A stretch of 62,553 nucleotides of DNA, filler included, from Candidatus Woesearchaeota archaeon (GTDB taxonomy: Archaea; Nanobdellota; Nanobdellia; Woesearchaeales; B72-G16): assembly GCA_003650545.1 (NCBI GenBank). It is 4 parts of 4 records of this genome, joined end to end, with 100 filler letters (N's around TTAATTAATTAA, not from the genome) between each part and the next. Parts side by side here need not be neighbours in the genome. Positions count along the whole stretch, not along the records: positions 1 to 17,806 come from QMQO01000027.1; 3 more parts are not named here. One strand, written 5' to 3'. Position 1 is the stretch's first letter. Every line of letters starts with the position of its first letter. Positions 1 to 8,856 of the stretch are shown piece by piece. The notes below the pieces were generated by a model. That model saw nothing but the letters and a program-made list of their open reading frames with translations. It ran no database searches and was not told the origin of the DNA. The position numbers and the translations under genes were made by a program.

Positions 1-272
1 GCTGAAGCTCCTTTAAGAAGCTGCATAGCCTTTTCATCATTCATGCCTTTTGGCAATGTCACAAGGCAATGTACATGTTCAGGCATAACAGAAAGAACAT
101 GGATTTTGATGTTATGCCTACTAGCAGCTTTGCGAATGCAAGCTTCGCAAAGATTTTTATATTTGAACTTCATAAACATCTTATAACGGTACTTCGTTAC
201 TCATTCAAGATGCCAAAAGTTGATTCCAACCTTATGGTTGTAATGCTCAAGTTTAACATTTGCAAATTTCAT
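1..272 (-). pseudogene. tnpA: IS200/IS605-family Y1 (HUH) transposase, N-terminal part, with in-frame TGA; runs off the window start
   Basis: Not in the ORF track. Manual translation from ATG at 272: MKFANVKLEHYNHKVGINFWHLE*VTKYRYKMF...VLSVMPEHVHCLVTLPKGM...AMQLLKGAS. It has the HxxWxTKYR motif (W codon is TGA at 203-201), the HUH motif (EHVH) and LKG. GGAGG lies upstream. Confidence 0.88.
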
Positions 273-282
273 TTTCGTTCGC

Positions 283-298
283 CTCCGCGACAGCGGAG
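283..298 (-). promoter_or_regulatory. Hairpin overlapping the tnpA Shine-Dalgarno-like GGAGG
   Basis: CTCCGC-GACA-GCGGAG perfect 6-bp stem. On the minus strand GGAG of the putative RBS lies in the stem. Confidence 0.5.
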
Positions 299-396
299 CT
301 CGCGCTAAAAAAATTGCAAAAAAAATTGAGTGCGTGCGCCAAATTCCGTTACGCACTCATTCATCAATCAAAAATATTAGAAAAAACTAACGGAGG

Positions 397-440
397 ACCT
401 CAATTCCTCCCAAACGTAAACGTTTGGGTATCCTTGAGGT
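397..440. mobile_element. IS200/IS605-type subterminal hairpin, probable left end
   Basis: ACCTCAA...CCTCC-CAAACG-TAAA-CGTTTG-GGTATC...TTGAGGT nested inverted repeats upstream of tnpA. Same scaffold as 35262-35288. Confidence 0.7.
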
Positions 441-547
441 AGATATAATGAAAGAACTTAAGAATACCCTCTAATTCTGTACCCCTCTCTAATCTTCTTT
501 TTAATCTCTCAGTAATTATAATAGACATTATTGTTATTCCACACTTA

Positions 548-853
548 TTATTTTTTAAACCTAAATAAATATTTTTTAAGATTAATTTTATTATTTTTAA
601 TTATTACTCCTTCTTTTTTTAAAAGTTTTATTTTTTTATCAACTCCTTTACTATATCCACCCAAACCTCCATCACTTGCAACCACGCGATGACAAGGAAC
701 TACAACTAACAGCTTATTATCATGCAATGCCCTTCCAACTGCGCGATAAACTTGCCCCTTACCACCTAAAGCTTTTCCAATTTCTTTATAGGTTGTAACC
801 CTCCCACAAGGGATCTTCTTGCAAAGTTCTAAAACACGCTCCTGAAAATTCAT
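548..853 (-). CDS. ogt: Methylated-DNA-protein-cysteine methyltransferase (MGMT), minimal single-domain form
   Basis: IPCGRVTTYKEI, RAVGRA, active-site PCHRV, GGLGGY. Confidence 0.9.
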   Translation of the reverse strand: MNFQERVLELCKKIPCGRVTTYKEIGKALGGKGQVYRAVGRALHDNKLLVVVPCHRVVASDGGLGGYSKGVDKKIKLLKKEGVIIKNNKINLKKYLFRFKK

Positions 854-1482
854 TTTACCAATTCAAGTAACTGATAGGGTTTACTGAAGATATAATCTGG
901 TTTTATTTTGGCAAGATCATTCTTTTTATGATAGCCCCATGTAACAGCAGCTGTCTTAACATCTGCAGCTTTCGCTTCCTTTAGATCGCCAACAGTATCA
1001 CAAACATAAATCAACTCATAACATTTAAAAACCTTCTTTAATCTCCCAAATTTCTTCTTTTTGCTAAACGCAGACTCAGCTCCCATAATCGTCTTAAAAC
1101 ACATTCTCAGAGAATTCTCTTCGAGATACTTTTTCATTAGTCTATTGAAATTAGAAGATACAATTATAAGCTCTGCCTTTTTGCACAACCGCCTCAATAC
1201 TGTTTTGATACCAGGGAACATTTTTACGGTTTTAAACTCCTCAATAAACATTTTTTTTATTGTTGGGCTAATAAGAACTATTTTTACTTTACTTATATTT
1301 AATTTTTTTGTAGCTTCTTCAAAAAAGTTTCCACGATATATTTGCAACAGATCTTTCCTAGTAACTATCTTAAACCTATACATCTTTCCTAAGATACCCC
1401 ATATCTTTAAAACCTCATCGAAGGAATTAACCAGAGTTCCGTCAAAATCAAACACAATCAATTTTTTCTGTTTTTGTTTCAT
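850..1482 (-). CDS. HAD-superfamily hydrolase (phosphoglycolate phosphatase-like)
   Basis: Motif I VFDFDGTL, motif II VSSN, motif IV YVCDTVGD, AVTWGY. Confidence 0.88.
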   Translation of the reverse strand: MKQKQKKLIVFDFDGTLVNSFDEVLKIWGILGKMYRFKIVTRKDLLQIYRGNFFEEATKKLNISKVKIVLISPTIKKMFIEEFKTVKMFPGIKTVLRRLCKKAELIIVSSNFNRLMKKYLEENSLRMCFKTIMGAESAFSKKKKFGRLKKVFKCYELIYVCDTVGDLKEAKAADVKTAAVTWGYHKKNDLAKIKPDYIFSKPYQLLELVK

Positions 1483-2099
1483 CTTAACATCATCAAAATT
1501 CTTCTAAAATTCCTCCTTGACATGTCATGTTTATAAATGCGAGCAGCATTCAACATCTTATCTTTGTAAATCTCAAATCCTTTTTCCTTTAATAACGCAG
1601 CAAAATTAGACGATGTCAAAAACTGGCAAAACTGTGTTACATTGTGCGGCTTTTTTGTCTGTTTACATCTTTCAAAATCTATCATTGTTACCTTCAATCG
1701 TTTTCCAACAATAATATGTTTCACAGGACGATGCATTTCTTCTTTATTTAATTTTAGCCTATCCATGAGATAGCACTGCGATAGAACATTCATTAGAACA
1801 CTTCTGATCGCAAACCTTGAAGCATTCTTAACAAAGTCGATTATGAACTCCCCTGGCACAAATTCATAAACAAGAAAGTTCTCGCCATAAAACAAAAGCT
1901 TTGGTCCGATTTTATACCTATTTAGAAACGCGATCTTTTCTCCTTCATTCCTTAGGTTACCACGCGCCTCACTTTTAGGATTAGGAACTTTTATAGCAAC
2001 CTTTTTCTTTCTATATTTTCCAATATAGATCAAGCCGCGCTTGCCTTTCATAAAAGGTTCTATTTTAGAGACATTATTAACAACCTCTTTTGGGATCAT
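1479..2099 (-). CDS. Archaeal Ser/Thr protein kinase-like protein
   Basis: KGKRGLIY Gly-loop, VAIK, NE helix, IGPKL, EEMHRPVKH catalytic-loop equivalent, IDFE. Confidence 0.75.
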   Translation of the reverse strand: MIPKEVVNNVSKIEPFMKGKRGLIYIGKYRKKKVAIKVPNPKSEARGNLRNEGEKIAFLNRYKIGPKLLFYGENFLVYEFVPGEFIIDFVKNASRFAIRSVLMNVLSQCYLMDRLKLNKEEMHRPVKHIIVGKRLKVTMIDFERCKQTKKPHNVTQFCQFLTSSNFAALLKEKGFEIYKDKMLNAARIYKHDMSRRNFRRILMMLR

Positions 2100-2119
2100 A
2101 AAAGGAGAATGGCTAAGAA

Positions 2120-2165
2120 TTATATAAATATTTGTAATTCCTCAATTACACCAAGCATTTATATA
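2120..2165. promoter_or_regulatory. Divergent archaeal TATA boxes with a central palindrome
   Basis: TTTATATA on minus strand (about 2121-2128) and on plus strand (2158-2165), each about 21-23 nt from a start codon. TGTAATT-CCTC-AATTACA at 2133-2150 lies between them. Confidence 0.55.
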
Positions 2166-2187
2166 ACAAAAAGATCTATAGTATCTT

Positions 2188-3075
2188 ATGTCTCTAGCTA
2201 TAAAAAACCCTCAGAAATTGTGCACAGATATAGAAAATTTTATAAAAAAGCAAGTCAAAGAATTTAACAGAAATGGAGCAATAGTTGGTGTATCTGGCGG
2301 TATAGATTCAGCCCTGACTTTAAAACTATGCGTCAATGCTTTAGGAAAAGAAAAAGTTCTCGCTTTGTTGATGTTTGAACGTGACAGCAATGAAGAAAAT
2401 AGAAAAGATGCTAAAGAGTTAGTAAAGTCACTTGGAGTTCGACAGAAAGAAATCAACATTACACAACAGCTTCGAAATTTCCCTGTTTATAGGTACGCTC
2501 CAACCATTTTAATGCGACCTGGTTTGGTTAGAAAGGGTTATGAATTTTTCACAAAAAAAACAGGAAAAACCATCTTACAGCAATCTTTAAAAGGAAGTCA
2601 TAATCGTGCTGTGTGCTTAGCAAATGCATTTTATCGCTTGAAACACCGCACAAGGATGGTTAATCTATACTATCATGCTGAAGTTGAAAACCTTCTAGCA
2701 GTAGGTGCAGCTAACAAAACAGAATCCAGAATCGGCTTTTTTGTAAAATATGGTATTGATGATAGTACAGACATAATGCCAATAATTGGTTTATATAAAA
2801 CGCAGGTTAGATATCTAGCTAAATTTTTTAAACTCCCAGAAAAGATAATAAAGAAGAATCCAAGTCCTGACATGGTTGCGGGCCTAACAGATGAGATAGC
2901 CATCGGCCTAAACTATGAAAAATTAGATTGCATACTGGACGCATTGGAACATAAGGAAAGCATTAAATCCATAGCAAAAAGTTGTAACATAGCTGAGAAG
3001 AAAGTTAAGTATATTAAGGAGCTTACAGCCAAGTCCACTCACATGAGAAGCCATGCTGTATGCTTTAATTTTTAA
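2188..3075 (+). CDS. nadE: NH3-dependent NAD+ synthetase
   Basis: GVSGGIDS PP-loop, GAANKTE, GFFVKYG, LYKTQV, PSPDM...TDE..IG. Confidence 0.9.
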   Translation: MSLAIKNPQKLCTDIENFIKKQVKEFNRNGAIVGVSGGIDSALTLKLCVNALGKEKVLALLMFERDSNEENRKDAKELVKSLGVRQKEINITQQLRNFPVYRYAPTILMRPGLVRKGYEFFTKKTGKTILQQSLKGSHNRAVCLANAFYRLKHRTRMVNLYYHAEVENLLAVGAANKTESRIGFFVKYGIDDSTDIMPIIGLYKTQVRYLAKFFKLPEKIIKKNPSPDMVAGLTDEIAIGLNYEKLDCILDALEHKESIKSIAKSCNIAEKKVKYIKELTAKSTHMRSHAVCFNF

Positions 3076-3305
3076 TTCTTTGAAGAGTTAAAGTAATATA
3101 AAGTAATAGAATGACTCAATAGGTTACCAGAGGATTCAGACTTGCTCCTGCCATGTTTCAGTCAGTCATCAAAGGTGACAAGAGTGATATTAGCTATTAT
3201 CATAAGTTACAGTAGCACACATAAATTAACAGCAGTATAAGTTAACAGCACCGACTCAACATAACCTTTAAATATCTTCTTTATTTCTATTTTGAAGAGG
3301 CAAAT

Positions 3306-4865
3306 GTGATGAAAAAGAGGCTGATTTTAATAGAGTTTTGTATAGCGATACTACTAGTTCATTCTACATCAGCTTACCTAAATTGGAGCAATGAAAATGC
3401 TTATCCTGTTTCACCCGCTGTTTACTCTGAAACAATTCAACATAATTTTAATATAACTTGGGAAAGTGACTATCCTATACATGCCGTGTTGATGGAAAAC
3501 AATTTTACTGGTAGCTTGCAAAACCAATCAGTAACCGGGAATCAATCCAATGTATATTACTACGACCACCAAAGTTTAGCAGTTGGTTTTTATCAATGGA
3601 GACAATATGCACAAAATAATATTTCTGAAACTAATTCCACTGATGTTTTCTATTATCAAGTTAATCCTGCAACACCTGTGCTAACTTTAACAGCAATACC
3701 TTCTTTCTCAGAAGTTATTGACACAGAGACAAACATCAGTTGTACAGCCAACACAACACAGGTAACACCTTTGCTATATCGCAACGATCGTCTAGTCTCT
3801 AACCCAGATGTACAAATCTTAGGTCTAGGAATTTATAACTATACCTGTAATGTAAGTTCGACACAAAACTTTACAGCAGCTACAACTAGCAAAATTCTAA
3901 GCATAATCGATGAGCCGGATAAAGAATTCCGCGTCAAGAATTTCACTCTATCAGCACCAGAAGTTATTTTTGATGTGTATACACCAGAAGATGATACCTG
4001 CTATTATCAACAAATAACACCAACAGTTGGAACAAAGACTCGGTTTTCATTCACAGGAGGAACATTCCATACTACTGGATTAACTCTCACAGCAGGATCT
4101 TATAGCTACAACATAAGCTGCAGCACTAATCATTCAATGCTAAATTTCCAGGTTACAACAGATATCGTTGATGAGATGTTTGTAGTGAGGGAAACATCAA
4201 GCATCTATACTGGGGATTATGCAATCTTCAAGCTACATCCTCGCGTCTCTAGTAAAGGTCTTTCTAACATACCAAAATCCCGCATCACGGTACGACTAAA
4301 TAATACTTCTATTAACTTTGTGGTACGAGATCTTGGTAATGGAGAATATGATGTGCGTTTTATTCCAGAATCAGCAGGCTATTACAACATCACTTTTACA
4401 GTTGACAACCTCGCGAAGAATAAGCTGATCCTTGTGGAAGATCTTTTACTCACAATAAAACATTTTGGAACTGGTTTTAATCCAGTATCGTACAAACAGA
4501 TAGTCTATTCTCCAGATTTATATATGCATGGCCTTGCTTCGGATGATAAAAATGTTTTTCTGGCAGGGAATTCAACTTTGTTGTATATATCTGCAAGAGC
4601 ATCTAATAATTCATTTATCTTTATAACTAGGCCAGCAGCTTTGGAAAACATAGACTCCTATTTAGAAACAGGTACATTCCTAAGTCTGAAAGGACCAAGC
4701 TTTGGCTTCAAACTGTTAGATAAATTCATTGTCAATATAATACTAAGCTATTCAGACATCATAATCCAAGGTAACAAAAATGTCCAACTTGGTCAGAACA
4801 ATTTAATTATTAAAAATGTAGGTTTTAACAGTTCATTAAATAAAACAATAATTCAAATAACATGA
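3306..4865 (+). CDS. Secreted Ig-like, sequon-rich pilus-associated protein
   Basis: N-terminal signal peptide, Thr/Ser/Asn-rich beta-type sequence, many NxS/T. First gene of the pilin operon. Confidence 0.65.
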   Translation: MMKKRLILIEFCIAILLVHSTSAYLNWSNENAYPVSPAVYSETIQHNFNITWESDYPIHAVLMENNFTGSLQNQSVTGNQSNVYYYDHQSLAVGFYQWRQYAQNNISETNSTDVFYYQVNPATPVLTLTAIPSFSEVIDTETNISCTANTTQVTPLLYRNDRLVSNPDVQILGLGIYNYTCNVSSTQNFTAATTSKILSIIDEPDKEFRVKNFTLSAPEVIFDVYTPEDDTCYYQQITPTVGTKTRFSFTGGTFHTTGLTLTAGSYSYNISCSTNHSMLNFQVTTDIVDEMFVVRETSSIYTGDYAIFKLHPRVSSKGLSNIPKSRITVRLNNTSINFVVRDLGNGEYDVRFIPESAGYYNITFTVDNLAKNKLILVEDLLLTIKHFGTGFNPVSYKQIVYSPDLYMHGLASDDKNVFLAGNSTLLYISARASNNSFIFITRPAALENIDSYLETGTFLSLKGPSFGFKLLDKFIVNIILSYSDIIIQGNKNVQLGQNNLIIKNVGFNSSLNKTIIQIT

Positions 4866-5365
4866 TGCAAAAAAAAAGCAGGAAAGGACAATTTTATATA
4901 TTCATGGCGATAGTGATTTTTACAGGAATTGTAGTAGTGCTATTAATATCGACAATTGAGTTTATAGAAGAGAGGAATATTTTCAATGAGCTATACACAA
5001 GCTATCTGACCGAATCTTCTTTTGTGATCAATAATAATTCATATTTTTTACAATTTGACAACTTTACAGATAGCTTTCTAGAGTTTTCTGTTATAACAGA
5101 GCCCAATTTTAGGCTGGCTTATGTTTATAAGAACAAAGAATATATCAAGATAAAGAATCTTTTGGATAAAACAATTAAAATTACAACTCCTCTAACAAGT
5201 TTTGATCTTGCTGCAAATGAAAACATAACAATAAATTCAACTAATTATGTAGTGCTGACTCTTGATTCATACGATTATAATTTCACAATCTCGAATAATG
5301 AATTAGACCTGCATGTGTTATTTAAAAGCCATTTTGAAAATGATATCAAAATTTATGCAAAATAA
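4862..5365 (+). CDS. Class III signal peptide (pilin-like) protein
   Basis: KKSRKG|QFYIFMAIVIF hydrophobic stretch. Confidence 0.7.
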   Translation: MMQKKSRKGQFYIFMAIVIFTGIVVVLLISTIEFIEERNIFNELYTSYLTESSFVINNNSYFLQFDNFTDSFLEFSVITEPNFRLAYVYKNKEYIKIKNLLDKTIKITTPLTSFDLAANENITINSTNYVVLTLDSYDYNFTISNNELDLHVLFKSHFENDIKIYAK

Positions 5366-5807
5366 AAAAGCAATTTCAGAGTACATATCTTGGGTACTCC
5401 TAATACTTATAGTTGTCACAATAGCTGTTATTGTAGCCACATTTGTTCAACGCTTTTCAGAGAAAAGCGTAAGTAATATACAAACATCTGTTAGTGTGGA
5501 AGAATGTAACTTTGTATCTGTTTCTGTCCCAGGTTTGTGTCAAAAACCGTTAAGTTTATATATAAATATAACCAACAACAATTTAATAACCATCACGGAA
5601 TTAAAATTCAGACTAGTTTATTTAAACAATTCCACAGACAATCAAAGAAAGATAATTACTATAATACCTGGCGATACAAAAGAATTAGAGTTACTCACAC
5701 AAGAAATAATTAAGAAGTTGGATATAATCCCTGTATTTCAAAAGGAAAATAAAAGAATCATTTGTGAAGAACAAAAGTACTCAACAGAAACAATTGAAAT
5801 TTGTTAA
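5355..5807 (+). CDS. Archaeal type IV pilin
   Basis: MQNKKA|ISEYISWVLLILIVV. Start moved from 5313 to the in-frame ATG at 5355. Confidence 0.75.
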   Translation: MQNKKAISEYISWVLLILIVVTIAVIVATFVQRFSEKSVSNIQTSVSVEECNFVSVSVPGLCQKPLSLYINITNNNLITITELKFRLVYLNNSTDNQRKIITIIPGDTKELELLTQEIIKKLDIIPVFQKENKRIICEEQKYSTETIEIC

Positions 5808-5818
5808 AGAGGTATAGC

Positions 5819-6313
5819 ATGAAAAGAAAGAAAGGTATTTCTCCACTTATAGCTACAGTTTTATTAATCGCTTTTGTTGTGGTTCTTGCAGCGCTTCTAT
5901 TTGATTTTGGAGAAAGATTTTTCCGTGACACTGTAAAGGATACTGAAGAACGGGCTACGCGAAAAGTTACATGTACAAGCACAGGCATAGAATTTCTAGA
6001 AATTGCAAATCAAAAAGAGGTCTGTTATAATGGGACTCATATCAAGTTTACAGTAATCAATAACGATATAACTGAAATAGAACAACTAAAATTAATTGTT
6101 GCTGGTAATGTCAGCACATTAAACGTGAATCTAAATAACTCCTATATTAATTCGTCAGAGGTTTCTGACCCTTTTATTTATCCTTACGATAACGCAACTT
6201 ACGGCACAATCAGAGCCATCACAATAATTCCTGGAATACGACTAGAAGGTGCCGGAACTGTAATATTCTGCACAGGCCGCGATATTACAGAAGATACAGT
6301 GAGGTCATGTTAA
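5819..6313 (+). CDS. Archaeal type IV pilin
   Basis: MKRKKG|ISPLIATVLLIAF. GAGGT precedes ATG 5819. Confidence 0.88.
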   Translation: MKRKKGISPLIATVLLIAFVVVLAALLFDFGERFFRDTVKDTEERATRKVTCTSTGIEFLEIANQKEVCYNGTHIKFTVINNDITEIEQLKLIVAGNVSTLNVNLNNSYINSSEVSDPFIYPYDNATYGTIRAITIIPGIRLEGAGTVIFCTGRDITEDTVRSC

Positions 6314-6904
6314 ATGATGACGATGCTAAAGAAGATATTAAAGAAGAAAGGTATTTCGCCTTTAGTAGCTACGGTACTTTTAATTGCATTCGCAGTGGCA
6401 TTAGGCGCATTAGTTATCAGCTTTGGTCAGAGCTTTTTGCAAAACCAAATAGGCACATCCGAGAAGGTTGCGGAGGGTTCTTTAGACTGTACTAACATAC
6501 GTTTAACTTTTGAAGAAGTTAAATTTGATATAGATGGGGGAGATAGTGTCTCAGGTCATTCAGGTGAAGCAGTGTTGAACATATCTTTTTATATTGAATC
6601 AGAGCTTGTATTAAGGGTCAAGGATTTTACTTTGGTAGCACAAACAGAAGATGGTGATTTCCAAAAGTTCTCTGAAGTCAATACAACCTGGAATCCAGGG
6701 GTTGTTCCAATAGATGTGACAGGTGTAGATTTCCGTAAAATAACCTACTATATTGACTTAGACCCTGACAATGATGAGTCCAAAAATATAACCAAAGTTA
6801 TCTTAATCCCTGTGTTATCAACAAGGGAAGGAACAGAGACAAGAAGTTGTAACAATCAGAAAGAGACTCTCAATTCGGATAGCACAAAATACTTTATTGT
6901 TTAG
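6314..6904 (+). CDS. Archaeal type IV pilin
   Basis: KKKG|ISPLVATVLLIAFAVALG. Confidence 0.88.
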   Translation: MMTMLKKILKKKGISPLVATVLLIAFAVALGALVISFGQSFLQNQIGTSEKVAEGSLDCTNIRLTFEEVKFDIDGGDSVSGHSGEAVLNISFYIESELVLRVKDFTLVAQTEDGDFQKFSEVNTTWNPGVVPIDVTGVDFRKITYYIDLDPDNDESKNITKVILIPVLSTREGTETRSCNNQKETLNSDSTKYFIV

Positions 6905-6975
6905 AATTGTTAGAAAACTTAAATATCCAAGAGCTAAGAGTAAAAATAAGAGCAAAAACTAAAAATCGAAAATGA

Positions 6976-7108
6976 AGAAAATCAGCTCTGATTTTCTGGT
7001 AATCCTAAAAATAAAACATAAATAAAACATATAAAACATAAAAAATTTACCAAGCAGATTTTTTGTGAACTTAAAATCCTAAAGGATTTTTTTGTTCTCA
7101 AAATCTGC
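6976..7108. promoter_or_regulatory. Two intergenic hairpins inside the pilin cluster
   Basis: AGAAAATCAG-CT-CTGATTTTCT (6976-6997) and nested GCAGATTTT..GAAC..AAAATCCT-AA-AGGATTTT..GTTC..AAAATCTGC (7054-7108). Confidence 0.45.
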
Positions 7109-7209
7109 CTTTTAATTAGATTTAAAGTATAAAAAAACTAAAAAACCAGATAAAAACCACAAAACCAGATTGTTCATGGTTTCAAATGCTCTTCCCCAGA
7201 AGGGATAAG

Positions 7210-7893
7210 ATGTCAAAAAAAGCACAAGTTTGGGTTTCTACTGTTTTATATATTTTGATAATCGTGACAGTTTTGGTGATAGTTCTAGGAGCAGCTTTGC
7301 CAATCATTAAAAATATCTCACACAAATCAAGCTATATCCGAAGCAAGGAAATCATGCTACAACTCGATAAAATTATTCAAGAAGTTGCTGACCAAGGGGC
7401 AGGTAGCCAACGTAACTTTCCTCTAAAGTTGACAGCAGGTACAATAACCATAGCAAATAGCAAAGTAATCTATACACAGAAAACAGACCAAGCAATAATC
7501 TATCCCCGAGCAGCTATAGAGATTGGCAATGTCAAAATCCAGTCGGATGCAGATGTTAACACCTACCAAACGGAAAATTACATAATTCTGAATAATTCTA
7601 GAATCTCTGTTAACTTTACAAGATGCGGTAATGAGAGCAATTATGTTAGTGTTAACACTGCCAACATCATAAACTCGATTACTTATGAAGGAAACAGTAT
7701 TAGCAATTTTCAATTTCTATTGAACGATGATGGCACAACAGGCACAGGCAATGGTTATATTAAACTTTTAGATGATGGCTCTAGTCTTAGCTTTGCTCGC
7801 GTAAAAGCGCACATAAATTCTAGTATTGAGTATGACTTGATTTTCACATTGCAGTCTAATGCAGATTTTTTACAGGTTAATGTTGAAAGATGA
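7210..7893 (+). CDS. Class III signal peptide (pilin-like) protein
   Basis: MSKKA|QVWVSTVLYILIIV. Start refined from 7186. Confidence 0.75.
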   Translation: MSKKAQVWVSTVLYILIIVTVLVIVLGAALPIIKNISHKSSYIRSKEIMLQLDKIIQEVADQGAGSQRNFPLKLTAGTITIANSKVIYTQKTDQAIIYPRAAIEIGNVKIQSDADVNTYQTENYIILNNSRISVNFTRCGNESNYVSVNTANIINSITYEGNSISNFQFLLNDDGTTGTGNGYIKLLDDGSSLSFARVKAHINSSIEYDLIFTLQSNADFLQVNVER

Positions 7894-8086
7894 CAAAAAT
7901 GCATATGCATACAGGTTTAAGCATTGCTTTCCTTCTTTTAGACAGACCAATTAGTATGAGTCTAGCAGGTCCAGCAATGCCGAGCAACTCATTAGGCATT
8001 TTTCACTTAACATTTTTCACTTAAATATCCTTATAACTTAGGATAAAATTAAAATATATATTCATGATAAATAAAAAAATAAAAAG

Positions 8087-8659
8087 ATGATTAGAAATAG
8101 AAAAAATCAAAAAAAAGCACTTTCACCTGTTGTGTCTGAAGTCATTCTCATTGCGTTAGCAGTTGCATTAGGTGCGTTCGTTTTAATTTGGGGAGAAGAT
8201 TTCATGAAAGAGAACCAGGGGACAGCAGAAGATGTCTCAGCACAAAAACAACAATGTTTACTGATTGAACTGGAATTCAAGAACATCAGCTATAACGCAA
8301 GATCTGAACGTGATTCAGCAAAGTTAAATATAACATTAGAGCTAAAAAGTGAACTAGGTATTAATATAACAGATATCTCAATACTCATCTTAAATGAACA
8401 AGGTGACAGCATTAAGTTATTTGCTAGTCAGAGCACAAACCAAGTTTTTTCTGGCTTTTTTCCTGCTTATATTCGAGGTATTGACCGCTTGCTTTTAGGA
8501 TATGATATCAATCGTTCAGATTTTAATGATATGAACATAAGCGATATTAGTGTTACACCAATAATAAATCACAAGAGCATCAATATTAGCTGTGTTGACC
8601 AAACAATCAAAATCAATAAAGAAGAACAAATCTTTGAATTATTTGACAGAAGCGAGTAA
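8087..8659 (+). CDS. Archaeal type IV pilin
   Basis: KKA|LSPVVSEVILIALAVALG. Resembles the 6314 pilin. Confidence 0.85.
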   Translation: MIRNRKNQKKALSPVVSEVILIALAVALGAFVLIWGEDFMKENQGTAEDVSAQKQQCLLIELEFKNISYNARSERDSAKLNITLELKSELGINITDISILILNEQGDSIKLFASQSTNQVFSGFFPAYIRGIDRLLLGYDINRSDFNDMNISDISVTPIINHKSINISCVDQTIKINKEEQIFELFDRSE

Positions 8660-8856
8660 AGAAAAAACGAGTAGAAAAAACGAGTAAAGAAAAATAAGAA
8701 TTAAAAGAAATCCTGATGTAAATAGTTCTTAAATAGTTCTCTTTTCAGAAAACACAATAATTAAAAATTAACATCAAAACATTTAACAACAGCAACCTTT
8801 ATATATAAAAACCACTTTTTTTCATATATGTTCAGTTGTGAAAAAGAGGTAATTTT

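Noticed and set aside
201..203. TGA recoded as Trp genome-wide
   Set aside because: TGA terminates normal genes on the same segment (4865, 7893, 10443) and long ORFs are intact under the standard code.
69..442. Plus-strand ORFs 69-308 and 260-442
   Set aside because: Antisense shadows of tnpA and its hairpin-rich end.
3100..3200. Possible ncRNA between nadE and the pilin operon
   Set aside because: Slightly GC-richer, but I could not find a convincing fold or known motif.
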